Assembly: GCF_009914755.1 (NCBI RefSeq)
Contig: NC_060928.1
Reading direction: 5' to 3' (one strand)
DNA from: the human T2T-CHM13v2.0 reference genome, Homo sapiens
DNA: 64,000 bases
The position numbers were made by a program, and so were the translations under genes. The notes under the pieces are model-generated. The model searched no databases and had not been told where the DNA came from. It saw nothing but the letters and a program-made list of their open reading frames with translations. Positions 39,852 through 52,633 of the stretch are shown here, in pieces. Numbering within the stretch: the stretch's first letter is position 1; each line of letters starts with the position of its first letter.

Positions 39852-40336
39852 TCAACTTCTATTAATACCCATTTCTATATCTTTCTCCACATTTATTTGA
39901 ACTCTTATGTGATAAATGTATCCATTAAATCTGTATCACTTTTATAGTAATATTTCCATAAAGTATGGAAAATTCAGCTTTATAATTCCTTTCCTTTGGC
40001 TCAAAACTACAGTTTTTTCAATGCAAATGTTAAATCATAGTTATATCTTGTTTTTTAAAAAACACATTTACTCTCGACATAAGTTCCAGAATATTATACA
40101 TTTCAATTTTATGCCTTTTTCACAGTCCTATTTTATTTAGTATATCCTCTTACATATTAAAGAATAATTTTAATTTGAAAAAGGATCTCAACACATACTT
40201 ATTTTTAAAAGCATGTTTTTATATTATGTTTTAATGTTGTCCAATTTAGTACTGTCCGATTTTTAAAAATTGTATTTATAGTACAAATCTAAACATGCCT
40301 ATATAATTATGCCTCTTGGGAAATATCCTTATTGGA

Positions 40337-40700
40337 TGTCTCAGTCTGTTCTAGCTGCTATAACAAAGTACCATAGGCTGAATGGCTTATAAACAACAGA
40401 ACTGTAGTTCTCACATTTTTAGAGGTTAAGAATAAGAGGTCAGGGTGGCCCCGTGGTTGAGTTCTGATGAGGGCCCTCTTCCAGGTTGCAGACTACCATC
40501 TTCTTATATCCTTACATGAGAAGAAGAGGAGTAGAGAACTTTTTGGGTCTCTTTTATAAGTGCACTAATCCCATTCATGAGAGTTTCACCTCCATGATCT
40601 AATTATCTCCTAAAAGCTCTACCTCCTAATATCATCACATTGGAGGTTAGGATTTCAACATATGAATTTGTGGGGGAGCACAAACATTTAGTTCATTGCA
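40337..40700 (-). mobile_element. MLT1A0-type MaLR LTR
   Basis: tgtctcagtctgttctagctgctataacaaagtaccatagg...aggatttcaacatatgaattt; (t/c)tgga flanks. Confidence 0.9.
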
Positions 40701-41199
40701 ACTGGAGTATTTGTGGGTTTGAGTAAAAAAAATATTACAAGGAGAGTGCTTTTAAAACATCATAGAATAGTGTTAGAAATACCTATTTTAATACCTTTTA
40801 AGTGAGAATTTTAAGAGACCTGAGTCATTACGAACTAGGCTTATCTTCTTCTTCTAACTCCAATCTCTGGATATCCTGATATCACAATAATGCTTTATAC
40901 TCAGGCACATGAATAGAAGCTATTGAACCCATCTAGTGTTAAGAGAGATCACAATAAAAATATTTTACTTAAACACTTTCCACCCATATATTCCTCTAAT
41001 CCAGAGCAATAGAGGGAAACATTCTAACATTGTTAATGAGAGAAATCTTACGTATTGTTATATTTAAAGTATATCTTAGGGTTAATAGAATAAATGAGGG
41101 GAAGGTAACAAAGTAAAATTCACAAATGCCTTCGGTGATGAGTAATTTCAATGGCAAACTATTTTTTTTCCAATTTCATCAGAGTATCACCTTATTCTA

Positions 41200-41420
41200 A
41201 TCAGCATTATTATCTTGGATATAAAAGAATTAATAGATAACATGCTTCTGAAAATTACAAATAATTTATCCCTGGACCAGTTAACACTGAATGACAAACT
41301 TGGGATCCAAAAAAGCCCTGACAAATTGGAACAATTGTCCAAATCAAATGGGAGAACACTTAAGAGGGACAAATATATCTAAGTATCCAACTTTGTAAGT
41401 ACAGTTGCAGATCAAATAAT
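41200..41420 (+). mobile_element. L3/CR1 reverse-transcriptase fragment
   Basis: gggatccaaaaaagccctgacaaattggaacaattgtccaaatcaaatggg...gagggacaaatat resembles the CR1 RT C-terminal region. Confidence 0.6.
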
Positions 41421-41653
41421 TTTAGGACCTATACTTGAAAAATAAGCATATAAACTTATATAAAACATATACATATATAAAAACATATAAATATATAAAC
41501 ATATAAATGTTATGCAGTTTTTGAAAGAATTACTATTACATTTTAAATACGACTTTTCTTTTTACTAATTTATTCCTTAACATTTTCTTGAATCCTGGAT
41601 GATGCTATTTAAGAGTTATGTAAATATAATAGAATGTGTTAAAGAGTGTGACT

Positions 41654-41953
<300 letters not shown>

Positions 41954-44900
41954 GTGTGACCAAGATCAAGAAGGGGTTTCACCCAAAAGAATGATTTATT
42001 TTTCTATCCTAGGAGTTGTTTACACCTGAATTCAAATGTTTATTCAGAGCCTGCATGAATAATCATTGAAGACTCTCAGGTTCTGTGATCCTGTGTAGTT
42101 AACAGAAAACAACACTCTCTTTACAAACACTCTGTTTCTCTTTAATTATACTAAATTTCACTCTATAAAACACTTCAATTTTAAAATTGCAATAGTTTAA
42201 TCTAAGGACAGTATTATTTCACTTTCTTGTTTGTACAATATTGTATATACACATATATACATGTATATTTTATAGACTTACACACTATCAGTTTTGGGAA
42301 AAGCAAATGAATATATATAGGATATCATTATTCAAACTTACTATGTAGAATTTTTTATTCACTTGAGTAATTCTAGACAAGGAGACATTTACATATTTAT
42401 CACTGAATCAAGGATTTTAAAATCAGGCATATTAACACTGAAATGGTTCTTTTGTAAAAGGAAAATACAGTAATTTGAGGGAAATGTATAAATAGCAAAA
42501 TTACATTCTTTTAACCTTGCATGAAAACTCCAAAAATTAATTGGTTACATAAATCCTATTATTTAACAATATAAGTGAGAATATTAGCTATCCAAATATT
42601 GCCAGATGTAATTAATGTCCTCAAATATTGCCCCATTAGCATGCATTCTTATGAGCTGGAGTCACAAAACTAATGGATTTGCTACCCAGGGGACATCAAT
42701 TGGATATGACACTGCCTCAGTTCTCTGCACGCCCTATTCTACTGTCTTTATTATAACATGATTACTTTTCATTTGATTCTATAAATTGCATTCTATCAAA
42801 TTACTATAGTGGAGCCTGTGATATGATACTCTCACTAATTAAAATCTTTGTTTTCTCTACACTTGGGTTAATATAGATAGTTATTTTTCTTGTTTCTTAC
42901 TAACCACTGGAGAAATACGTTAGGAAATACTTCAGGCTCAGCATCTTTTGTGTCATTAAATAATAGTTATTTTTGCTTTGCCATATGTAGAAAAGAGTCT
43001 ACATTATTTTGCTGTGGGGAGAGGTATGTAACAATTACAGTAAATGCTAGAGTTTGAGTTTTCTAAGAAGTGAAATTCTAGTCAGGTAGGATTTGATAAT
43101 CTAAATAGACCAGTGACTGACATTCCATATCCTTAGAGACTTCATAATGAGAAAATCTCTACATTCAGCCAAGTTTAATTTGTTGTCAATACATTCTAGC
43201 ATTTAGAGAGGACTTTGAAGACTCCCAGCATATATTCAGAAAATACTGGCAACATCAATAGGATTATTTGAGTGTGGGGACATTAAATCACACAAAAAGT
43301 ATATGCTTATTCACTATTGTTCTAAGAGTCCTTCCTCCACAAAATTTGAAAAAGCCCCAGGCAGACAGAGTCCTAGTTTGAATGCTTCTGCCTTTTCATT
43401 TCTTTTTTTTTTTTTAAGGTAAGATATTTGGCTCAGATTTCAATTGTGAATATTAGAGAGAATTCTGCTGCTTCAGATCTTCTCTATCCATGGCATTTTC
43501 TTCCACTGTCAAATAACTGGATCTGTCACGACATCACCACCTTTGGTATTTAGGAACCTAAGGCAAATTCCCTGGTCTTATTGCATGACAAAATGATCTC
43601 TGGCTGCACAATATATAATTTGATCAACAACAACTTAAAAAGCTTCTTTATTATACATGGGCCATCTGCCTTTTCTGTGTGCAGTATCTGAAAACACAGC
43701 AAAATCCTAAAATACATGATCCAAACATATTGGCAGTGATTTTTTTTCTTGGAAAATCAAATAAGAGAACCTGTCATTTTTCTTTAGAAGTTTGAGGCGA
43801 GTGACCTCTGCATACCTCTCATAATTATTTCTTGCTTCTTAAATGCCAAGTGGCTCATTCATAACAGCAAAATATAATGAGGACCTTCGAGATAACTGCC
43901 ATTAGAAACATGTCATGAAATGTATCAGTACATGCCAGGCTCTTGATTACAACCATAAATATCCAGAAGACCAGTTGCAGAGCCCAGTGCCAGTTTGACA
44001 TTTCCAGTTGTAAGACTAATAGAAAGGAGCAATTAACAAATAAACCCTCTCCCTCCCACCCCTCATTCATGCCTTTGCTCTACAAACATTTCTAAATTTA
44101 CGTCTACAGTTCCATGATGGATTTTAAAAGTTTTAAATCATGCAATTTTGGTACCTATCATCCAAACACATAAACAAATTCTTTTTGAAACAGTCAGAAA
44201 TGTTATGATATTTCTTCTCCTTGAACTCACACTTTGATTCCATTATCCTTATAAAATATTTTGTGAGACTTGACATTTATTCTATTATTTGCAGCATAAA
44301 TGTTACCCAGTAATTAATGCCACTCACTTTATCAACTATATCATCAATATTTCAAATTGTTCTTTATTTCTTTCTTGTTCAGAAAGAGCAAACTGGTACA
44401 GTTTGTACCAGAAGTTTCTTCTCTTCCAGGAAAATGTATCATAGTAAGATTATGGAGGAAACGAGTCTTTCCTTCATAAAGTAGGAGAAAGGTATGGGAA
44501 GGAGAAATTGGAAAGGAGAGCCTGTCAGCTGCAGTACATTCCTAGGCAGATTGACTGAAGAAAGTAAGTACATATAGAGTTTGAAGTTCTAGAAATTATT
44601 CCTTTAAAACTATTCATGTGGTTTCTTAATCCTGTGTACATCAAATAAATGTGCATGCAGGTCTAGAAAGCCAGTATGCTAGTTGCAATGAATCTGTGAC
44701 TCTGTGTATGTTATCAGACCAAGTATGTCCTGCTCCTCTATAAAGGCTTATAGATTTTATGTAATTAATACATATTTGAAAACCTCATTTTGTCGTTATG
44801 TATAACTGTTAAAAATGTACAACTATGATCATGGGGGGCATTTAAAAAGGACTCTCATATGCCAAAAATAAAGAAAAAAATGACTTGATTGGTCTAACTT

Positions 44901-45216
44901 GGGAAAAATATTTTAATGTATTGCTGAGTTAAGAATAAAATCTGAGACCCTACTTGCCAGTTGTTATTAACAAACAGCCACTGGTTCTAATAATCTAAAT
45001 ATTAACCCAATTACATGATGCCCTTAACGATTTAAAGGTATGGCTTTATCTTTTTGAGAAAGGAAAAAATTTCTTACCATTTTCATTATTTCTCTTAAGT
45101 AAAATTTGCTATAACTCTACCACCTGGCAGTTATATATTGTGCCAAGGAGGATCATTAACTCTGCCGGTCTCAGAAGTGCTGGTGTGCTACGTCTGAGCC
45201 ATGACATCACTAAGAT

Positions 45217-45292
45217 GTAGGTTGGTGCAAAAGTCATTGCGTTTTTTGACATTAAAAGTAAGGGCAAAACCTTCAATGACTTTTGTACCAAC
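45217..45292. mobile_element. MADE1 (Hsmar1-derived MITE; source family of miR-548 hairpins)
   Basis: gtaggttggtgcaaaagtcattgcgttttttgacatt...gcaaaaccttcaatgacttttgtaccaac palindrome. Confidence 0.92.
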
Positions 45293-45689
45293 GAGTCATA
45301 GAAAATGCTACTTAGTCACATTGCTTATAATGGATTCCCCCACTCTCATCCAAATTGCCAGCTGATGAGAGTGTATAATGTGCCTTTAAAAAAACAACAG
45401 CAAAAAAGACAATCTCTTCTTCTTTTACTGTAAGAAAGAAGAAATTTTTTATGAAAATACTGGGTAACACAATGCAAATTTTGAAAATGAAACGACAAAA
45501 AAGTTAACAGGTAAATTTCTAAATCCTGACCTTGTTCCAGTGTCATAGTAGAGGTTTTAAATAATTTGGCCAGTGTAGGATTCGGACACTCTTTTTTTCA
45601 TTATAAAATGGTGTATAATGGGGAATAGCAAATAGTTGTAATTTTTAACGTTGAATTACATCAGCTCTGTAGCCATCAGAGAATAACTA

Positions 45690-48600
45690 GCACCATATTT
45701 GCCTTCCTGCCATTGGAAACCAAAACCTAGAAAACTTAAAAAAAAATCTTTAACAAAAGATTTCAACAACTGAAAACTAAGCAGCATAGAGCTGTGACTC
45801 CTGAGAAAAAGAAAAATGGAGTAAGGCCTATCATCCTTCTCTCTGCCTAGAGACATATTTAAAACCACAGTGCAGGAACAGCAAGACTCAAACACAGCAG
45901 AGAAGACTTGCTGAATTGAAAAGAGATAAACTCGAGTTCCGGAAGATTATGGTGACTGGTATTCGAGTAGTAGAATACTGGAGAGGAGGTAACTATACAG
46001 AGAAAAATCTCCAAAATCTACACAGGGATCCCTCTAAGGATTTTGCCCGATACTAAGCTGATGTGCCTGGAGTAAAACTACGTAAGTCTAGGCAGAGAGA
46101 TACTACTGGAGGATAGTAGGCTGAATAATTTCCAAGAGTATAGAGACATTTGAGTTTCCTCAGCTGGAGTGAACAGACCTCATTAAAAATTTGGGCAGTC
46201 AGTAAGCCCTAGAAGTATCAAATTTGAGAGTAAAGACCATTCTAGACCTACACAAACAAAACTTGAAAACCAGCCTGGAAAGGTCAAGATGATCCTAAAG
46301 TAACCTAAATACTGGCCATAACAAAAGTTGCTACTCTATAATAGAAGATAACAAAAATCCAGACCTTGAAAACATGAAATACATCATATCTAGTGTCCAA
46401 TAAAAACATAAAAGTGTGAAGAGGCAGAAAAATCTGAACCATAACCCAAAAACAAAAACAAAAAAAAATCAATAGGAACAAAACCAGAAACGATTGGAAG
46501 ATGAAATTGGCAAAGAACTTTCAGGCAGCTATTAAAAATATGCTGAAGGACTTACAGAAAATATGAATATAATGAGGAGAGAAATAAAATGTATTTTTTA
46601 AAAACTAAGTGAGAAGTATAGTGTTGAAATATTAAATATTTGAAATAAAAACTCACTAGATGAACTTAATACCAGATTAGACAATGCAGATGGAAAGGTC
46701 AACTTAACAACATAGCAATAGAAACTAATCTGAAGTTCAGAGAAAATGAACATAAGCTCAGTTACTATGGTAGTTTGTTTCCTTTGAAACTCATGTTGAA
46801 ATTTGATCACTAATGTGGTAGTGTTGGGAGGTAGGGCCTAGTGGAAGGTATTTGGGTAATGGGGCAGATCACTCATCCATACATTAATGCCCTCCTGCTG
46901 CAGTAAGTGCTTGCTCTCACATGACTGGATAAATCACTGAAAATAGGTTGTTATAAAAGGCAGTTCGGCTTCCTAGACCCTCTCTTGCTTCCTCTCTCAC
47001 GATGGATCACTTTGTATGTGCCAACTGGCTTTTCTGCTTTCTCACAGTGGTTTTGACCCAGCATATGCCCCTCTCCAGAAGCCATCCAGATGCAGCTCTA
47101 TGCTCTTGAACTTCCCAGACTGCAGAATTATGAATTTAATAAACATTTTTTCTTTATAAACTACCCAGTTTCAGGTATTCTTTTATAACAACACAAAATG
47201 AACTAATACATTAGAGACCTCTGAAACAACAGCAAGCAGTCTAATACGCTTATAGAGTCCCAGAAAAGGGGGTTAAGATCTATAGGAAAAATATTCAAAG
47301 AAATAGTGGCTGAAATTTACCAAATTTAATGAAAACCTGTTAAAGCACAAATCCAAGAAGCAAAAAGTACTACAAATATGATAAGCACAAAGAAAATTAC
47401 TCAAAAGAACTTAATAGCCAAATTAATAGGAAAAATGTTTTTAATCACTCTGGGGCTGGGGGACACTTCTTATAAGTGGGGCAAGAAGGATAGAAGACGT
47501 CATCAGAAAAAACCAATACTGAAGACAATAAAATGAAACTTCTAATATAAAGAAAAGAGAAAATATTCATAACTTAGGATTTTATATCTAGTGAGAATAT
47601 ATTTTAAATATGAATGCAAAATAAAAATATTTTCAGACAAAAGAAACAAAGAGTGTTCATCACTAGCATTTCACTGCAAGAAATTTTAATGGAAATTCTT
47701 TAGGATGGGTGAAAATGACACCATACAGTAATCTACATCTACAGAAAGAAGTGAAGAAGATAGGGAATCGTAGCTATGTGGATAAACATAACAGATGACT
47801 TTTTTCTCATTTTTCATCTGTAAAACAAAACTTTAAAACAAAAATATTAGTACATATTATGGGGTTTATTGCATAATATGTATAACAGTACTATAAAGGT
47901 AAAGGAGGGAAAGTGAAAATATACTGTTATAAATGTCTTACCTTATAGGTAGTGTAAAACATTATTTAAATTAGACTATGATAAATCAAAGATACATATT
48001 TTAAACCTTAAAACAACTGTCACAAAACAAAGTGGAAGAGTTTATAAGTCAACAGAGGAGATAAAATGGAATATGAAAATGCTCAGTTAATCCAAAAGAA
48101 GATAGAAAAAAAGAATTCTCATACATTGACCATTCGAATATTAAATTTTTCAGCCACTTGGGGGAAAAGATTGGCAGCTTCTTTAAATATATGCTTGCTT
48201 TGTGACATACCAATTAAACTTACAGGTATTTACCCAAGAAATATGAAAATGTATATACACAAATGCTTATACATTAATGTTTATCACAGCTTTGTTCATA
48301 ATAGCCTCAAACTGGAGACAATCCAATGGCCTATCAAGATGTGAGAAAAACAAATTATATTCATACAATAGGCCACTAGTCAGTAATAAAAAGGAACAAA
48401 CTGCTGATACACAGAACAATATGGGTGAATACCAAAAAAAGATTATGCCATTGTGCTGAGCAAAAGGAGTTACTCATAATGTTTCATTCCATTTAGATAA
48501 GATTCTAAATAGACAGAACTAATATGGTGTCAGAAAGCATACCAGTGGTTGTCAAGTGTCAGGAATGTTGAACCAGGGGTCAGAGGCAGGATTGTTGATG

Positions 48601-48740
48601 GCAAAGGGCACAGGGATTTTTCTAGAATGATGGAAATGTTTATCATCTTTGTTTGACAGTAGTTATACAGGCTTTCATTTAAAATGGGGAACAATTCATC
48701 GTATGCAAATTATACTTAAATAGAGTTGATTTTAAAAATG
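45690..48740 (+). mobile_element. Old L1M (5'/ORF1 region plus 3' end, internally deleted), split by an MST LTR
   Basis: cagattagacaatgcaga, gagtcccagaaaagg, tatttacccaagaaatatgaaaatgtatat, tatgcaaattatacttaaata. Confidence 0.8.
46763..47210 (+). mobile_element. MSTB/MSTC-type MaLR LTR
   Basis: aaactcatgttgaaatttgatc...gtgttgggaggtagggcctagtgg...cccagtttcaggtattcttttataacaacacaaaatgaactaataca. Confidence 0.9.
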
Positions 48741-49834
48741 TTATGTGTATACATAAATACACATATCCTAAGCTTTCACTTGTTAACAAGTCTAAACAAA
48801 ATTCTTTAGCTCTTACAAGTTCAAATATTTTTGTATGGCAAGCCAGCTAACAGAAGCAGCATGTCACATGTGAGGCCATACCGTCCCACAGGCAGGCCAT
48901 TTTACCAAGGCCATTGGCCAAGTGCATTTGCCCAAACCAGTAAATAGTCATTGTTAAAACCAATCATTTTCTTTTGAACAACACTGCAGTTGTTAAGATC
49001 TCTGTAATATCACAAATAAATAAGCAATAATAAAAACAAATATGAAAATACTAAATGGGAAATTTCACTTCAGGAACAAAAAAAATCTTAATGAAACCAT
49101 AGATTAAAAAATAAATAAATAAAACTTAATGGTATCTATAGGATTTTGTCTTCCTGTGCACTAGAAGACAAAACCTTTAAAACTTTCCTTCTTTTTCATT
49201 TTACTGTGAATGCATCATTTATAACATTTAACTGATTTCTATATGTCAATGCTTGATTCCATGGCAGGCAGGTTAATCTTAGTGGCATGACTCATTATTC
49301 ATCTCTTTCTAATTAGCACACACTATGGTGACTTAGATTGCCTATGAGAACAAACCAGGAACATGAATAAAGTTAAGAGGCAGTCTTCAGATATTTTGCA
49401 CCAGCTAGTTTTTCTGTGTTCCACAGCCTCAGAAAGCATCCCAAACTCACTGAAAATCTTGTAAATATATGCCATTCTTTACAAGAATAAGCAGATATTG
49501 TAGACGGTCAGTATAAGTGCGTTATTAGTACTATAAATAGAAGCAAAACTCTTGCCCTGCTGAGCGGTGCATTAGTAACATCATGCTATGTCAAGAAAGA
49601 TTTTCATAATATGATTTTTTATCATTCTTTATGCTGCTATGTGATGAAAAGTGTGTAAACTGGAGAAGAGAAGATCGATGGGAGATAGGATACATTTCTG
49701 TCAAAATTCCAGAGACAGAGGGAAAAGAGCAGACTAGCTGTAAGTTGCTTCAATATATGTACTTATGAGTATATATTACATATCTAGGTGTCTCTGTTAT
49801 ATGCTTGTATATGACAAAATGAATTTTTTTAAAA

Positions 49835-50060
49835 AGATGCAGAAGTATCAAAGAGGAATATTCTGGCTTAGTATTAAAAAACTAAATACTAGTGAGAGCT
49901 GTCCAGAGAGCAAATAGACTTGGTTAGGCTAATGGAACAAACTTCATAATCTCAAAAGACTTTAAGCACCAGTGTGATAGACATTTGTCAAAATGCATAA
50001 AGAAAAATTATGTTCTGTATAAAATGGCGATCTCAAAGTCTTTGAAACTTGAAAATGTTT
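49835..50060 (+). mobile_element. L3/CR1 3'-end fragment
   Basis: ctagtgagagctgtccagagagcaaatagact...gatagacatttgtca...gatctcaaagtc. Confidence 0.5.
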
Positions 50061-51198
50061 TATTGAATGATAACAACTAGATTTTAAATTTAAAGGTAAC
50101 AAAATTAAAATATGATTAAACACTAGCTGCATATACCATCACCTTTGAAAATAAGAACGATTTTCTAAACAGTTCTTAATATTTCCTAGGTAACATTTTC
50201 CTTATCTTCTCTACACTCTAGTTTAACAGTTTAGTATCTTTTGTCAAATCTTTAGCATTTGTGAGTCCTTGGAAGCTTCAGTGGCCATGTGAATGAATAG
50301 CTGTAGTTGTTAAGATATTTGAAAGTTGAAATAGCATTTCCACCATGGACTTCATACATCAGTCTTCACTAGTGATTTCTGAGAAGCAAACAGATTTTGC
50401 TCTTTCTGAAGGGCTCCCAGTGTGACCACAGAGCAGTTGCTCTTTTATCCCTTTGTTTCCAAATAATTCTCCTCAGGAAACTCACTGACATTGAAGGAGC
50501 ACCTCAGACACTTTTGTAACTGTGAAAGCACAGATATTAGCATTTGAAATAAAAAATAGAAGATACCACGGACGAATTGGAGAAAATTGGCTAAAAGCAT
50601 TTTATAGACAAAATGAATTACATCAAAGCCACTGACAGTAACCTCAATATCTGTGGGTTAGTCTTCAGCAGTTGCCTTTCTTGTTTCTATGCCTGGTGAA
50701 CTTAAACATAGGTCTGTAAAGTGTGCTGCTAAAATATAGGAAAAGTATGAGGATTTCATCCCTCTACGATTTTCTATTCTTGTATCTCCCTAAACCCACA
50801 TCAATACCCAAAAATCTTTATTAACTCTCTGACTGGTGCTGTGCATGGTGATAATCATTTTGGGTTCATAACAAAGAAGAAAAAGTCACAATCTTGATGA
50901 GGAATCAGATTAATGGGGGAGATAGACATGGGGAGATAAGTGGGCATATACATATTTTCAACAGAATGAAATGGTGCCATAATAAAAGATAACAACAAAA
51001 TGATATAGGAAATCTGAACAGTTTGGGGAGAAATAATTTAAACATATTAAGAACTTCTAGGAGGTCTCTAGATATGAAAGAGAATCCAGGACATTCCAGG
51101 CAGAGGAAACAACATGTACAAAGCCACAGGGCATGAACAGGGAGACAGGGTTCAGGAAAAAGTATGCGGTTTGGTATGGCTAGAATATAAGATATAAA

Positions 51199-51578
51199 TG
51201 ATGCAGATTTTTTCACCCCATAGTTCAGATAAAATCTGGGTTCTTATCTCACAACCAGAAAACATTAGGCATGTGGACACATTGAAGAGTGAGGAGGCTG
51301 GATTTAATACGTGAAGCAAATGAGGATGGATTTATTAAGTGAAAAAAAAAGCTCTCAGCACAGAAAGAGGGGATCCTGCAAATAGGATACCATCTCACAG
51401 ATCGAATACCAGGCCACCATACACGAGCTGAAGAGGCCAGGCTCCTCCCCTTGCATAAGGTGTGAATTCCTGGTGGCTCCACCCCATTCTCCCAGTGTGT
51501 ATGTGGGCCCCAGTCCATTGTGGGCAGTCCTAGCCAAGACCCTGTGCAGGTTCCCTTATCTGCCTTCTGCGTCTATCA
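51199..51578 (-). mobile_element. MER61-type ERV1 solo LTR
   Basis: Minus strand begins tgatagacgcagaaggcagataagggaacctgcacaggg and ends aaaatctgcatca; TG...CA ends; 4-bp TSD taaa. Confidence 0.85.
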
Positions 51579-51732
51579 TAAAGGGAAATGAGAATTCAGG
51601 CAATGAGACTGAGAAAGACCAGATTGTGAAGAGCCTTGTGAGCCATAATATATGTTTGAACATATAATAGCACTATAAAGGATGAGAAATTAATACAATT
51701 TTAAGGTAAAAATGATAATTTTAGCAATTTTA

Positions 51733-51983
<251 letters not shown>

Positions 51984-52041
51984 TAGCTAATAAGAGTACA
52001 GAAGGTAAAATGAGTGAGCAGAACATGGATATAAGAAGGAA

Positions 52042-52155
52042 GTGTATATATATATATACACATATACATAGTATATGTATATATATACACATATATACAT
52101 ATATACATATATAGTATATATATATAGTGTGTATATATATAGTATATATATATAC
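52042..52155. repeat. Degenerate (TA/CA)n tract
   Basis: gtgtatatatatatatacacatatacat... Confidence 0.9.
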
Positions 52156-52633
52156 TACTATTGCAGTAGTGAAGAATGGTGAATGATGGCAAGGATCTGA
52201 ACTAATTGGCAATCTTGCTGATGGGAGAGGAGTATCGAGCTTCAGAAGATATTGTAATTGAATTGATCAGTCTTAGAAGTTGGAAGAGGAATTTACCTTG
52301 GTCAGCAGCATGATTACGATGCTATTAATTCCTTTAGGAAATGTCAGTGGAGGGGCAGATTTAAATAGAGTGCCATTTTGTCTACATTGAGATGAAGAAA
52401 CTGTGGTTACTCTGCTGCAGGTGTCTAGTAGTCAGTGGGAATGTATGGGTCTGTAACTAAAGAGGAACGTCATGAGTAGATATTTGGACTTGAGAAATAT
52501 TGATGTATAAATGATATTTGAAGTCTTGGAAGTATTTCTGGTCACCCCCCAAAAAAAATAAGAGAAAAAAGTAAACAATTTGTCAAAATATAAACAACCC
52601 ATTTATGGACCTATACTTTAATCCCTCTACTCT

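Noticed and set aside
44430-44491. Plus-strand exon-like cassette (cttccag|...AAG|gtatgg)
   Set aside because: Stops in all three frames and a weaker donor; indistinguishable from background pseudo-exons.
44393-49173. Short perfect hairpins (ctggtaca/tgtaccag at 44393; ttttgtcttc/gaagacaaaa at 49144)
   Set aside because: Stems of 8-10 bp are near chance expectation in 64 kb, and intrinsic terminators are irrelevant in this context.
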